DNA from: Bacillota bacterium
GTDB taxonomy: Bacteria > Sysuimicrobiota > Sysuimicrobiia > Sysuimicrobiales > Segetimicrobiaceae
Length of the DNA: 64,000 nt
Reading direction: 5' to 3'
Assembly (NCBI GenBank): GCA_021324975.1
Contig: JAJPIA010000011.1
Span: 15,984 to 79,983, forward strand
Of the stretch, positions 18,282 to 29,907 are shown piece by piece. How positions within the stretch are numbered: the first letter of the stretch is position 1; each line of letters starts with the position of its first letter. The notes beneath the pieces were generated by a model that searched no databases, was not told the origin of the DNA, and was given only the letters and a program-made list of their open reading frames with translations. A program made the translations under genes and the position numbers.

Positions 18282-19915
18282 GAGGCGGTCGCGGGCCGGC
18301 TGCGGCGATACCATTGGACGAGCGCGTTTGTGGAGCCATCGTGCGCCAGGACCGGATCGGGCGCGGCCAGCTCCGAGATGATCCGCGTGGCGAGCACCTT
18401 GCCCAGCTCCACGCCCCATTGATCGAATGAATCGATCTGCCACACGGCGCCCTGCACGAAGACGCTGTGCTCGTAGAGGGCGACGAGCTTGCCGAGCGTC
18501 TCCGGCGTGAGCTGCTCCGCGAGGAGCACCGTGGACGGCCGGTTGCCCGGACACACCCGGTGCGGGACGAGCGCAGGCGGCGTGCCTTCCCGCGCGACCT
18601 CGTCGGCCGTCCGGCCAAACGCGAGGGCCTCCGCCTGCGCGATGAGGTTGGCCATGAGCAGGTCGCGGTGCGTCTCCAGCGGGTTCAGCGGCCGCGCGAA
18701 GCCGATGAGGTCGCACGGCACCAGCTTGGTCCCCTGGTGGAGCAGCTGGTAGAACGAGTGCTGGCCGTTGGTCCCCGGCTCGCCCCAGTAGATCGCGCCG
18801 GTCCCGTGTGTCACCGCCGTCCCGTCGAGCCGCACCGACTTGCCGTTGCTCTCCATCGTCAGCTGCTGCAGATACGCCGGGAACCGATGGAGGTAGTGAT
18901 CATAGGGGAGCACCGCCGCGGTCTGCGCGCCGAAGAAGTCGCCGTACCACACCGCGAGGAGCCCCATCAGCACCGGGAGATTGCGCTCGAACGGCGCCGT
19001 CCGGAAGTGCTCGTCCATGGCATGAAACCCCGCGAGCATCTCCTGGAAGCGCTCCTGTCCCACGGCGATCATGGTCGAAAGGCCAATCGCGGAATCCATG
19101 GAATAGCGTCCGCCGACCCAATCCCAAAACCCGAACATGTTCTGTGGGTCGATCCCGAACGCGGCCACCTCCCCGGCGTTTGTGGACACGGCCACGAAGT
19201 GCCGGGCGACGGCCCGCTCGTCCCCGAGGCCGGCGACCAACCAGGCCCGCGCGGCCCGGGCGTTCGTGATGGTTTCGAGCGTCGTGAAGGTCTTGGAGGA
19301 CACGATCACGAGCGTCTCCGCGGGGTCGAGATCGCGCGTCGCCTCCGCCAAATCGGTGGGGTCGATGTTCGAGACGAACCGGAACGTCATGTCGCGCCGG
19401 CTGTACCAGCGCAGGGCCTCGTACGCCATCACGGGCCCGAGGTCCGAGCCGCCGATGCCGATGTTGATGACGTTGTGGATGGGCCGGCCGGTATGTCCGC
19501 GCCACGCCCCGCTCCGCACCCGCTCCGCAAAGTCCGCCATCCGGTCGAGCACGGCGTGCACGTCGAGGACGACGTTCCGGCCGTCGAGGAGGATCGACGC
19601 GCCGCGGGGCGCGCGAAGCGCCACATGGAGCACGGCGCGCTGCTCGGTCGTGTTGATCTTGTCGCCGCGAAACATGGCCTCGATGCGCTCCCGCACGCCG
19701 GACGCCTCGGCGAGCGCGCGCAGCAGGCGCAGGGTCTCGTCCGTGATCCGGTGCTTGGAGTAGTCCAGGCGGAGGCCCGCGGCCTCGGCGACCATGCGCT
19801 CGCCCCGCGCGGGATCCGCCGCGAAGAGGTCGCGGAGGTGCCGGGGCGCGATCAACGCGTGGTGGGCGGCGAGCGCGTCCCAGGCCTGCTTCGTGGCGTC
19901 ACGGGTCGTCGGCAT
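18278..19915 (-). CDS. pgi: Glucose-6-phosphate isomerase
   Basis: Full-length PGI with SKTFTT, GGRYS and ESNGK active-site motifs; 545 aa. Confidence 0.9.
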   Translation of the reverse strand: MPTTRDATKQAWDALAAHHALIAPRHLRDLFAADPARGERMVAEAAGLRLDYSKHRITDETLRLLRALAEASGVRERIEAMFRGDKINTTEQRAVLHVALRAPRGASILLDGRNVVLDVHAVLDRMADFAERVRSGAWRGHTGRPIHNVINIGIGGSDLGPVMAYEALRWYSRRDMTFRFVSNIDPTDLAEATRDLDPAETLVIVSSKTFTTLETITNARAARAWLVAGLGDERAVARHFVAVSTNAGEVAAFGIDPQNMFGFWDWVGGRYSMDSAIGLSTMIAVGQERFQEMLAGFHAMDEHFRTAPFERNLPVLMGLLAVWYGDFFGAQTAAVLPYDHYLHRFPAYLQQLTMESNGKSVRLDGTAVTHGTGAIYWGEPGTNGQHSFYQLLHQGTKLVPCDLIGFARPLNPLETHRDLLMANLIAQAEALAFGRTADEVAREGTPPALVPHRVCPGNRPSTVLLAEQLTPETLGKLVALYEHSVFVQGAVWQIDSFDQWGVELGKVLATRIISELAAPDPVLAHDGSTNALVQWYRRSRPATAS

Positions 19916-19936
19916 GAGAACGCCTCCTCGCCGCGG

Positions 19937-20881
19937 CTATGCCGGCGACGCGCCGAAGACGGCGAGCGGCAACAGCGCGCTTACGATGTACTGGCCCGCG
20001 TCGACGATCTCCGAGATCTTGAGATCCACGCACAGGCTCGCCAGGAGATAGGCGTCTTCGCGCGACAGGCGGTACGTGTCGCTCACGTGCGCCACCATCG
20101 CCCGCACGGCTTCCTGGGCCGCCTTGTAGAGGTCGGGGCCTACGCCGGTCGTTCCATACCAGCCGCCGTGGTTCACGCGCGGCGCGAGCGGGCCGGGCGT
20201 CACAAACTGGGGCGCGGGGAGCCGGCGGCCCTTTTGCACGGTGAGCCGCAGCGCCGCGTACATCGGCGCCTCGATGCCGGTCACGCAGACCTCGCCGTCG
20301 CCCTGCGCGGCGTGGGCGTCCCCGCAACTGAAGAGCGCCCCGGGGACCTGCACCGGCAGATACAGCGTCGCGCCCCGCACGAGCTGCCGGGTGTCCATGT
20401 TGCCGCCGAACACGCCGGGCGGCATCACCGGCTGCCGCGAGGCGCCGGCCGGGCACACGCCCATCGTGCCGAAGAACGGCTCGATGGGAACCGCGACGTC
20501 CTCCCGAAATCGCGCGACGTGGCCGCCCGAGAGATCGAAGATCCGCAGATACGGCGTCTTGAAGTCCTCCGGCAGCAGGCCCAAGCTCTCCAGGATGGCC
20601 GCCCACCCCCAACCTTCCGTGTGGATGTCGAGGATCTCGACGGCGAGCGTATCGCCCGGGCCCGCTCCGTTGACGAGGATCGGTCCGGCCAGCGGGTAGA
20701 CGCGCTCCCAATCGAGGCCGGCGAGATCCGCGGTGGTCGAGGACGGGGTCACCTGGTTGTCGCTCACATCGCGGGTCCGCACGACAACGGTGTCACCGCC
20801 GTCCACGGCAACGGCCGGCCGGTGTCGAACGTCCCACGTGAAATGCACCGCGTCGTGCGGCACGTAATGCGTCCGCGCCAT
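19937..20881 (-). CDS. Acetamidase/formamidase family protein (FmdA_AmdA)
   Basis: FmdA_AmdA family similarity along the full length; ATG at 20881 with GGGGAGGGG SD. Confidence 0.75.
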   Translation of the reverse strand: MARTHYVPHDAVHFTWDVRHRPAVAVDGGDTVVVRTRDVSDNQVTPSSTTADLAGLDWERVYPLAGPILVNGAGPGDTLAVEILDIHTEGWGWAAILESLGLLPEDFKTPYLRIFDLSGGHVARFREDVAVPIEPFFGTMGVCPAGASRQPVMPPGVFGGNMDTRQLVRGATLYLPVQVPGALFSCGDAHAAQGDGEVCVTGIEAPMYAALRLTVQKGRRLPAPQFVTPGPLAPRVNHGGWYGTTGVGPDLYKAAQEAVRAMVAHVSDTYRLSREDAYLLASLCVDLKISEIVDAGQYIVSALLPLAVFGASPA

Positions 20882-20956
20882 CGCCACCCCTCCCCGCTCA
20901 TGATCGCCCCGGCCCGGTCAACGTTCCCCGCGGTCCCGCGGGGTCCTCCAGGACGC

Positions 20957-21541
20957 CTATCGCGGCTCGCGGCGGCCCACGCCGCGGCCACCGGCCACCC
21001 GCGGCGAGTCATGAGGCCGCCCGGGAACGAGGCCGAGGTTGCCGCAGTGGCGCTGCGAGGCGAGCACCTTGATGCCGACGACGCGGTCGCGGTGGCGCTC
21101 CGCGGCCGCGATCGTGCGGGCTTGGTCAAAGGCCTGCCAATCTCCGTGAACGGGCGCGGTCCGGGTCGCGGACACGTTGAGAAAGCCGAGCACGCGCGTC
21201 CTCGCGCTCCGCGCCACGTCCAGCAACTCGTCGAGGCGATCCACGCCGACGGAACCCGTATCCACAACCGTCGTCACGCCCGCGTCGATCCCGGCGTCCC
21301 GATCGGGGTGCACGGCGCCGACGCCGGGCCCTTCGACGCAGTGCACATGCAGGTCGATCCAGCCCGGCGAGGCGACGAGCCCGCCGCCGTCGATGACGCG
21401 CGCCGCGCGCGGGACCGGCATGTCGCCCACGCCCGCGATGCGGCCGCCGGCGACCGCGACGTCCGCCACCGCATCCAGCGCCTGCGCGGGGTCGATGACC
21501 CGCGCGCCCCGGACGAGAAGATCGCAGCGGTCCGCGGTCAC
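20957..21541 (-). pseudogene. Amidohydrolase-superfamily gene fragment (N-terminal about 190 aa only)
   Basis: DLLVRGARVIDP...GWIDLHVHC metal-binding HxH start of the amidohydrolase fold, but the ORF stops after about 194 aa. Only 70 nt separate it from the next gene, so the C-terminal two-thirds is missing. Confidence 0.4.
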
Positions 21542-23025
21542 ACGGCCCTCCGGTAGACCTCGGGTACCGGCTCGAAGGCCACCGCCTCGTCCAGCGGAAA
21601 CATCGGCCGGCGGCACACGCGGTGCCCGAGGGATCGCAGGTCCGCGCTCGTGGATCCCGGCGCGTCGATGTTGAAGTTTTTTTGCGCCCATGCGTCAAAC
21701 ATGTGGTGTTCGCAATACGGCGACTTCACGATCGTCAGATGATAGTCCCGCGGGTTCCGGCCGTGCGCCAGGAACATCGCCCGGTCGAAGAGGCTGACCG
21801 GGCGGCTCATCGCCAGGATCGTAAAGCAGCCGGTCCTGAGCACGGCGGTAGGGCCCGCGTCGAGCGCGCCCCGGCTCGTCTCCAGCACGGCGCGGCCGCG
21901 CGACAGCATGTCCACCTCGACGGTCATCTCCAGCGGCGCAAAGCGCGGGTCGCGCGCGCCGCCGAGCCGCACCGTGATCGTCGCGCCCACCCCCGCCCGA
22001 ACGGCGGCAGCCGCCGCGGGCGGATCCACGATCGGCGCCAGGACGGGCTTGTCGTAGCCGACGCGCAGCAGCCCGTGGAGAATGACGTTGCTGTCGCCGG
22101 TGGCCCCGGATGAGGTCGCATCCGCGGCGTCCGTGAAAATCACGGGGCCGGCCATGTCGCGGGCCTGCGCGATCGCCCGGTCGAGAGGGATGAGCTTCGC
22201 CTGCATGCGAAAGCGCTCGGCCCAAAACTCGCGCGCCAGGCGGACGGCATGCGCGGCGGCCGCCTCGCCATCCTCGGCCACGACGACCGTCTGGCTGCAC
22301 AGCTCCGGCACGTCCGTGAACGGGTTGCCGATCAGGACGGCGGCCGCGAGCGCCCTACCTTCCCGCTCGAGGCGTTGCGCCTCGCGGACCACGTCGCCGT
22401 AGCAGCCCGACTTGGTGATGAGCTCGTCCCCGCGGACGAGCGCGGGGATCACGACCCGCGCCATCGCCGGCGGCCGCCGCCGGCCGAGGACCCAGAGCAA
22501 CAGGCGCGCCGCGCGCGCGCCGGTGTCCGCGAAGTCGACATGCGGGTACGTATGATACGCGGCCATGCCGTCGATGGCGCGGAGCATGCGCGCGGTGAGG
22601 ATGCCGTGCAGGTCCAGCGAGATGACGATCGGGACACCGTCACCGACGAGGCGGCAGGTCTCCTCGAGCAGGGCGCCCTCCGGGTCCAACTCGCCGTCCG
22701 CGCCCATCGCGCCGTGGAGCGAAAAGTACACGCCGTCCACGCGGCGCGCGTGCTCGCCAACGGCGTCCAGCACCTCGCCGGACAACCGCCGCCAGCCGGC
22801 TCGGGAGAGCATGCCCGCGCTCGTGGCCCGGGCGCTGTACGCCGGAATTACCTCAACGTCCCCGCGCGCCCCCAGGACCGCGACGGCGCCGGCGACCGCC
22901 GAGTTGCGGCCGCGCCGGTCGACGACCGCGTCCCCGCGGCGCACGGTGAAGTCGGCGTACTCCGTCGGCACCGGGTTGAACGACGAGATCTCCTGAGCGC
23001 ACTCCACCACGAGCACCCTCGGCAC
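21538..23025 (-). CDS. MlrC-like M81 family metallopeptidase (DUF1485/microcystinase C family)
   Basis: MPRVLVVECAQEISSFNP N-terminus and overall length typical of MlrC. Confidence 0.7.
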   Translation of the reverse strand: MPRVLVVECAQEISSFNPVPTEYADFTVRRGDAVVDRRGRNSAVAGAVAVLGARGDVEVIPAYSARATSAGMLSRAGWRRLSGEVLDAVGEHARRVDGVYFSLHGAMGADGELDPEGALLEETCRLVGDGVPIVISLDLHGILTARMLRAIDGMAAYHTYPHVDFADTGARAARLLLWVLGRRRPPAMARVVIPALVRGDELITKSGCYGDVVREAQRLEREGRALAAAVLIGNPFTDVPELCSQTVVVAEDGEAAAAHAVRLAREFWAERFRMQAKLIPLDRAIAQARDMAGPVIFTDAADATSSGATGDSNVILHGLLRVGYDKPVLAPIVDPPAAAAAVRAGVGATITVRLGGARDPRFAPLEMTVEVDMLSRGRAVLETSRGALDAGPTAVLRTGCFTILAMSRPVSLFDRAMFLAHGRNPRDYHLTIVKSPYCEHHMFDAWAQKNFNIDAPGSTSADLRSLGHRVCRRPMFPLDEAVAFEPVPEVYRRAV

Positions 23026-23168
23026 CCACGCACCCCCATGCGCACGCGGTTTCGGTGCGTTGAGAGTTCTCGGCGGGCGCGGCGCCGTCCCGCCGGCCTG
23101 CTACAATGCCGGTGATGGCCCGCCGCGCGGCGGCAGGGGATCCGGACCGAGAGAGAGGTGAGGGATCG

Positions 23169-23591
23169 ATGGCTTCGACCTCGAGCCCGCTGTTCCAGCG
23201 GATCGACCACATCGGCGTGATCGTGGGAGACCTCGATGAAGCCAGACGCTGGCTCGGCGAGGTGTTTGGGCTGCCGCTCGACCGGGCCGTGGATCTCACG
23301 GAAGGACAGATCCACGGGGAATTCTTCGGGTGCGGGGGCGTGGACATCGAGGTCATCTCGATCGGCGACCCGGCGATGCGGCAGCGACGCCTCGGCAACG
23401 CCCGCGCGCGGATCGAGCACATCGCGGTCGAGGTCAAGGATCTCGGCGCCGCGCTCCGCCGCCTCGAGGCCGTGGGCGCCAAGACCACGACGCCGGAGCC
23501 GAGGCGCATCGGGAACAATCTCGTCGCGTGGACCGCTGAAGAGACCACCGGCGGGATCTCCTATCAGCTCATCGAGCGGGGCGGCGCGTAG
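23169..23591 (+). CDS. VOC family protein (glyoxalase/bleomycin-resistance/dioxygenase fold)
   Basis: IDHIGVIV...IEHIAVEV paired beta-alpha-beta-beta-beta modules; ATG at 23169 with GAGGTGAGGG SD. Confidence 0.7.
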   Translation: MASTSSPLFQRIDHIGVIVGDLDEARRWLGEVFGLPLDRAVDLTEGQIHGEFFGCGGVDIEVISIGDPAMRQRRLGNARARIEHIAVEVKDLGAALRRLEAVGAKTTTPEPRRIGNNLVAWTAEETTGGISYQLIERGGA

Positions 23592-23667
23592 CCTCCGGCG
23601 CACCGGTAGGGAGCCGTCGGGGGAGGAGCGAATACTGGCCCCACATCCACCGGAGGCCGCCTGAGCC

Positions 23668-24636
23668 GTGACGTTTCTCTGGCCGGCGTTTCTGTGGGGA
23701 CTCGTCGTCCTGCCGCTCGCGCTCCTCGGCGCCACCGCCGTGGCGCGGCGCCGGCGGCGGCCGTCGCTTGTGTTCTCCCGGCTCGACGCGGTCGCGGACG
23801 CGGCCCGCGGGATGCGCAGGGCGCGCCGGTATGCGGCGACGGCCGTGTTCTTGGTTGCGCTGATGGTCGTGCCCGTGGCGCTCGCGCGGCCCACCATCCC
23901 CCTCCTTGTTCCCGCCGACCGGGCGGCCGTGATGCTGGCGATCGACATCAGCGGGAGCATGATGTCGGAGGACGTCAAGCCGTCCCGGCTGCGCGCGGCC
24001 CAGGAGGCCGCCAAGACGTTCGTGCTCGGGCTGCCCGGTCACGTGCGGGTCGGCCTCGTGGTGTTCGCGGGCTACGCCACGCTGCTCTCCCCGCCGACGA
24101 CCGACCACGCCCAGCTCGCGCACACGATCGACGGCATCAGCGTGCAGCATCGCACCGCGATCGGCGATGGGTTGCTCGAGGCCGTGGCCGCGCTGCCCGG
24201 CCGGGTACGGCCGGCGCCCGACGGCTCGTTGCCCCCGCTGCCCCGTAATCTCCCGCCCGGATTCGTCGTCTTGCTCTCCGACGGCCAGAACAACAGCGGG
24301 ACCGATCCCATGCAGGCCGCCGATGTGGCGCGGCGCGAATCGGTGACGGTGTACACGGTCGGTATCGGCAGCGAGTCGGTCGGCGACACCGGGGCGTTCA
24401 TGATCGGCGGCGCGCTCGACGAGGCAACGCTGCGCGACATGGCGCGCCATACCGGCGGCCTCTACTACCATCCGCAAAACGGCCGCGACCTGGCCGATAT
24501 CTACCACAGGCTGGCGCGCGCGATCGGCTGGCAGCAGCGGCCCACGGAAGTGACCGGCGGGGTCGCGGCCGGCATCGCCGGGCTGCTCGTCGCGGCGCTC
24601 ATCGTCGCGGTGTTGACCAGGCCCATTCTCGGCTGA
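23668..24636 (+). CDS. VWA domain-containing protein (BatA-like, N- and C-terminal TM)
   Basis: MLAIDISGSM MIDAS motif, N-terminal TM helix, C-terminal TM anchor. Confidence 0.7.
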   Translation: MTFLWPAFLWGLVVLPLALLGATAVARRRRRPSLVFSRLDAVADAARGMRRARRYAATAVFLVALMVVPVALARPTIPLLVPADRAAVMLAIDISGSMMSEDVKPSRLRAAQEAAKTFVLGLPGHVRVGLVVFAGYATLLSPPTTDHAQLAHTIDGISVQHRTAIGDGLLEAVAALPGRVRPAPDGSLPPLPRNLPPGFVVLLSDGQNNSGTDPMQAADVARRESVTVYTVGIGSESVGDTGAFMIGGALDEATLRDMARHTGGLYYHPQNGRDLADIYHRLARAIGWQQRPTEVTGGVAAGIAGLLVAALIVAVLTRPILG

Positions 24637-24755
24637 CGCCGGCGCGCCCGTCCCCCGCTCGTCGCGGCGGCGCAGGAGCATCCCCCGCGCCCCCGAATGG
24701 TTGCGGGACGCGCGCCCACGGCCGCGACCCGCCGTGCGCACGGCGGGTCCACCCT

Positions 24756-25726
24756 ATGGCATCGATCTGCATCCTCATCTCGGCGTTCCTCTACGGGATC
24801 TCGCCGATTCTGGCGAAGATCGCCTACGCGTCCGGCGTCACGCCACTCACGCTCCTCTCGGTGCGCGCCACGGCCGGCGCGGCCTTGACGTGGTGCGGCC
24901 TTCTCGTCACCCGCGGCGCCGGGCCGCCGGCCGCCGGTCTCCTGCTCCCGCTCGCCGTTCTCGGCGTGACGGTGGTGCCGCTGCAGGTCTTCGGCTACTT
25001 CTACGCGCTCACGATCCTGCCCGCATCCTCGGCGTCCGTCATCGTCAACACGACGCCCGTGCACGTGGCCTGGATGAGCCGCTTGCTCCTCGGTGAAGCG
25101 CTGCGGCCGTTCGACGTGGGGATCCTGGCCGTCATTGTGTCGGGGGCGACGCTCGTGGCAGGACAGACGCCGCAGGCCGGCCATGTTGCCGGGATGGCCG
25201 CGCTCGGCGTCTCAACGCTGGGGTCTGCGTTCTACCTCGTCGCCCAGCGCCGGGTCGTCCGCGACGCCCACCCGCTCGGCGTGCTGGCCATCATCCTCCC
25301 CTGCTCGGCCGCGGTCTACTGGACGGCCGGGCTGCTCGCGGGTCAGCTCGACCTGGCGATCGGTCCACCGGCCTCCTGGCGGTCGGCGGCACCACCGTCG
25401 CCGCGGCGGTCGCCTCCGTGCTCGTGCTCACGGCGCTGCGCCACCTCCCCGCAACCCGTGCGGCCATGCTGGGCATGCTGGAACCGGTAGTCGCGGTCCT
25501 GAGCAGCGTCCTCCTGTTGGGCGACGCGATGACGTGGCTGCGCGCCGTCGGGATCGGAATCGTGCTCGCGGGGATCACGGCACTCCAGCTCAGAGGCGCG
25601 CCCGATGCGGCGCCCGCTCCCCAGCCGGCGTCCCGAGCGCGCGAGGCCCGTGGGACGACGAACCGCGACCGGTTCCTTGGAGCTCTTAGCGCCGCTCGAG
25701 CGCGAGGCGCGCGCCGAAGCCGATGA
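24756..25726 (+). pseudogene. EamA/DMT family transporter, apparently frameshifted near 25365-25385
   Basis: N-terminal EamA domain in frame 0 (ORF 24756..25490). The C-terminal EamA domain (LTALRHLPATRAAMLGMLEPVVAVL) continues in another frame (ORF 25418..25726). A single-nucleotide indel would restore one protein of about 320 aa. Confidence 0.5.
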
Positions 25727-26315
25727 AGACGCAGCCCGTGAGGCGCCGCCCGACGGTCCACGCGGCCGGGTAGCGCAGGAGCAGGCTGCGGACGCGCGCG
25801 GATGATGTGACGATGAGGGCGAGCGACGCCGCCGCGAACACCGCGAAGATCGCGCCGAGCACGAGCAACTGCACGGCCGCATGGCCCGCATGGATGTCGA
25901 CGAACTGCGGCAGCACGGACACATAAAACATCGCCGTCTTGGGGTTGAGGAGCTCCGTCGCGATCCCGCCGACGTAGTGGCGGTGCGGCGAGAGGCGTGC
26001 ATGCCCGGCGCCCTCGTGCGCCGGACCACCGCCCGCGAGCATCGCACGGACGCCCAGGTACCCGAGGTACAGCGCACCCGCGATCCGGACGGCTTCGTAG
26101 GCGGCCGACGAGGTCGCGAGCACCGCGGTGAGCCCGAGCGCAGCGGTGAGCTGCAACACACACGTGCCGGAGAGCAGGCCGGCCGCAGCCGCGGCGCCGG
26201 CGCGCCGTCCAAACGCGAGCGACCGGTTCAATGTATAAAGGATGGCCGGCCCCGGCGTCAGCACCATGACCAGCACAGCGGGTACGTACAGCGCCAGCGT
26301 TCCAAGCGACGGCAT
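25686..26315 (-). CDS. LysE/RhtB family amino-acid exporter
   Basis: LysE signature; ATG at 26315. Confidence 0.75.
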   Translation of the reverse strand: MPSLGTLALYVPAVLVMVLTPGPAILYTLNRSLAFGRRAGAAAAAGLLSGTCVLQLTAALGLTAVLATSSAAYEAVRIAGALYLGYLGVRAMLAGGGPAHEGAGHARLSPHRHYVGGIATELLNPKTAMFYVSVLPQFVDIHAGHAAVQLLVLGAIFAVFAAASLALIVTSSARVRSLLLRYPAAWTVGRRLTGCVFIGFGARLALERR

Positions 26316-26343
26316 CGGCGTCTCCCGTCCGGTACGGGCCCGA

Positions 26344-27078
<735 letters not shown>

Positions 27079-27249
27079 CTACGCCGTGGTGCGTCGAGAA
27101 TTCCTGCCTCGGCGCCGCGCGGGGCGCGGGCCTCGATCCGCTCGCGCAGCCGCGACAGGACTCCTCGAACGGCGTCACGAAGCGTGCGCCAACCATCTCA
27201 GCCAATCGGCGGGGTCGTCGCAGCGCGGGCTCCGCAAAGGAGGAACGGG

Positions 27250-28884
27250 ATGACGCAGGGTGGATCCTGGCAGCGGTTCTCGCGGCGAGGGTTTCTCCGA
27301 CGGCTCGGTCTGGGAGCAGCCGCGCTCGGCGCAGGCGCAACAGGCTTGGAAAGTCTTTCCGCGGGGCGCGCAGCGGCCGCCGGCGCCGGCGCCGACACGC
27401 TCGTCGTAGGGCAGGACACATCGGTCCAGACCCTGGATCCGCAGATCGTCTACGACAATACGGTCCGCATCACCCGTGGGATCTATGAAGGCCTCGTCGG
27501 CCTCCGCGGCGGCACGGCCCAAGTCATTCCGCGGCTCGCGACATCGTGGCAGAGCAGCCCCGACGCCAAGACGTGGACCTTCAAGCTCCGCTCGGGCGTG
27601 AAGTTCCACGACGGCACCCCGTTCGGATCCGACGCGGTCAAGGCCACGGTGGAGCGGCTGATCACGATCAACCGCGGGATGGGCTACGCGTACAAAGGCA
27701 CGGTGGACACGATCGACGCGCCCGACCCGCTCACTGTCCGGTTCAACCTCTCCCACCCGGACGCCGCGTTTGCGGCCAAGCTCGCGGCCGTCTCCGGCGC
27801 GCTGATGGTGAGCCCGGCCGCGGTGAAGGCGCATGCGTCGGGCACCGACCTCGCGCAGGGCTGGCTGGCCAGCCACGAGGCCGGGACCGGGCCGTACATG
27901 CTCGAGAGCTACGACAAGGGCGCGGGCCAGGTCGTGCTGACACAGTTCCCCGGGTACTGGGGCGGCTGGGGCGGCCGGCACGTGAAGCGGATCATCTTCA
28001 AGATTACGCCCGAGGCGTCGACGCAGCGCCTGATGCTCGAGCAACAAGACGCCGACGTCCTGACGCTGGTGGCTCCCGACATCATCGACGCCCTGGCGAA
28101 GGAGTCCGGGATCAAGGTCCTGTCGTTCCCCACCATGCGCATCTTCTACATCGCGATGCATTGCCAGCGGGAACCGCTCAAGGACGTCAAGATCCGGCAG
28201 GCGCTGTCGTACGCGTTCGACTACGAGAGCGCCCGCAGCCTGATCTTCAACGGGAACCTCGAGGCGCTGTACGGGCCGCTGCCGAACGCCGACCCGGCGC
28301 ATCTCTCCCCCGCCGACAAACCCTATAAGTTCGACATGGCGAAGGCCAAGCAACTGCTCGGGGAGTCGAGCCATCCGAACGGCGGGTTCACGTTGAGCCT
28401 GTTCCTGTTCCAGGGGGACCAGACGTTCCGCAAGGCGGCCGAGATTCTCCAAAATCAATTGAAGCAGCTCAATATCAGCCTCAACATTCAGGAAATGTCG
28501 TCCTCCGTGCTCCTGGACAAGGCCGGCAAGCCGGACACCGCGCCGGACCTGCTGCCCGTGCGCAACTATCCCGACTACGCCGACCCCTCGGCGATGCTCG
28601 ACGCGACCTTCGGCAAAGACGCGTGGGGCTCGGCCGGATGGAACTTCAGCTTCTACGCGAACGACAAGGTCGAAGCGTACATGAAGGAAGCGAACCAGAT
28701 CACGAATCAGGCCCGGCGGATGCAGCTGTTCAAGAACGCCCAGAAGATCGTCGTGGACGAGGCGGCCGCGATCTTCATCGGCACCCTGATCAACCGCGTG
28801 CCGATGCGGGCCGACGTCCAAGGGTACAGCTACAATCCGGCGCTGGGCAACACGTTCGACCTGTACGCCATCTCAAAGAGCTAA
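27250..28884 (+). CDS. ABC transporter substrate-binding protein, family 5, with Tat signal peptide
   Basis: SRRGFLRRLGLGAAALGAGA twin-arginine signal then SBP_bac_5 core; ATG 27250 with GGAGGAACGGG SD. Confidence 0.8.
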   Translation: MTQGGSWQRFSRRGFLRRLGLGAAALGAGATGLESLSAGRAAAAGAGADTLVVGQDTSVQTLDPQIVYDNTVRITRGIYEGLVGLRGGTAQVIPRLATSWQSSPDAKTWTFKLRSGVKFHDGTPFGSDAVKATVERLITINRGMGYAYKGTVDTIDAPDPLTVRFNLSHPDAAFAAKLAAVSGALMVSPAAVKAHASGTDLAQGWLASHEAGTGPYMLESYDKGAGQVVLTQFPGYWGGWGGRHVKRIIFKITPEASTQRLMLEQQDADVLTLVAPDIIDALAKESGIKVLSFPTMRIFYIAMHCQREPLKDVKIRQALSYAFDYESARSLIFNGNLEALYGPLPNADPAHLSPADKPYKFDMAKAKQLLGESSHPNGGFTLSLFLFQGDQTFRKAAEILQNQLKQLNISLNIQEMSSSVLLDKAGKPDTAPDLLPVRNYPDYADPSAMLDATFGKDAWGSAGWNFSFYANDKVEAYMKEANQITNQARRMQLFKNAQKIVVDEAAAIFIGTLINRVPMRADVQGYSYNPALGNTFDLYAISKS

Positions 28885-28902
28885 GGCCGCGCCCCGGGCG
28901 GC

Positions 28903-29907
28903 GTGACCCGGTACGTCCTGCGACGGCTCGCCCTGCTCCCGCCGCTCCTGGTCGGGGTGAGTCTCCTGCTGTTCGTGCTCACGCACCTCGTGCCGGCGGA
29001 CCCCGCCAAGCTGATCGCGGGCGAGCATGCCGGCCCGGAGCAGATCGAGGCCGTGCGCCACGCGTTCGGCCTCGATCGGCCGCTGCCGGAGCAGTATCTC
29101 GTCTTTTTGGAGAAGCTGGGCCGCGGCGACCTCGGCGTCTCGATGCTCACCAACAGCCCGGTGACAGCGGATCTCGAGCAGTACTTCCCGGCCACGATCG
29201 AGCTGGCGGCCTCTGCGATGCTCCTGACGATCGTGCTGGGCATCCCGATCGGCGTGGTGTCCGCCGTCCGGCGCGGCGGCACGGTCGACCTGGCCGCCCA
29301 GCTGTTGAGCCTGAGCGGTCTGCCGTTCCCGATCTTCTTCTTCGGCATCCTGCTGCAGCTCGTCTTCGTCCGCTGGCTCGGCTGGTTTCCCCTCTCGGGC
29401 CGGCTCGCGGTGACCGCAGCGGCCCCGCCGCACATCACGGGGCTGTACGTGGTGGACAGCCTGCTCACCGGGCGACTCGGGGACCTCCAGAGCTCGCTGA
29501 TGCACCTCGCCCTCCCCAGCCTCACCCTGGCGCTGTCCTCGCTGGCTCCGACCGTGCGCATGACGCGCTCCACGATGCTCGAGTCCCTGTCGCAGGACTA
29601 CATGCGGACCGCGTGGGCCAAAGGCTTGGCCTCCGTGCGCGTGCTCCTGCACCACGCGCTGCGCAACGCGCTGATCCCGGTCATCACCGTGCTCGGCCTG
29701 TACACGGGCGGATTGCTCGGCGGCGTGTTTCTCGTGGAGCTGATCTTCACCTGGCCCGGCGTGGGTCTCTACAGCGTCAACGCCATCACGGCGCTCGACT
29801 ACCCCGCGATCATGGGGACGTCGCTGTTGCTGACGGTCGTGTTCGTCCTGGTCAACCTGGGCGTGGATCTCCTGTATGCTGTCGTCGACCCTCGCATCCG
29901 CTACTAG
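28903..29907 (+). CDS. ABC transporter permease (DppB-like)
   Basis: MTRYVLRRLALLPPLLVGVSLLLF N-terminus; EAA loop. Confidence 0.8.
   Translation: MTRYVLRRLALLPPLLVGVSLLLFVLTHLVPADPAKLIAGEHAGPEQIEAVRHAFGLDRPLPEQYLVFLEKLGRGDLGVSMLTNSPVTADLEQYFPATIELAASAMLLTIVLGIPIGVVSAVRRGGTVDLAAQLLSLSGLPFPIFFFGILLQLVFVRWLGWFPLSGRLAVTAAAPPHITGLYVVDSLLTGRLGDLQSSLMHLALPSLTLALSSLAPTVRMTRSTMLESLSQDYMRTAWAKGLASVRVLLHHALRNALIPVITVLGLYTGGLLGGVFLVELIFTWPGVGLYSVNAITALDYPAIMGTSLLLTVVFVLVNLGVDLLYAVVDPRIRY

Noticed and set aside
18467-21556. 1029-aa plus-strand ORF
   Set aside because: It is antisense to pgi, the formamidase gene and the amidohydrolase fragment. It has Arg/His/Asp/Gly-rich low complexity and no recognisable motifs.
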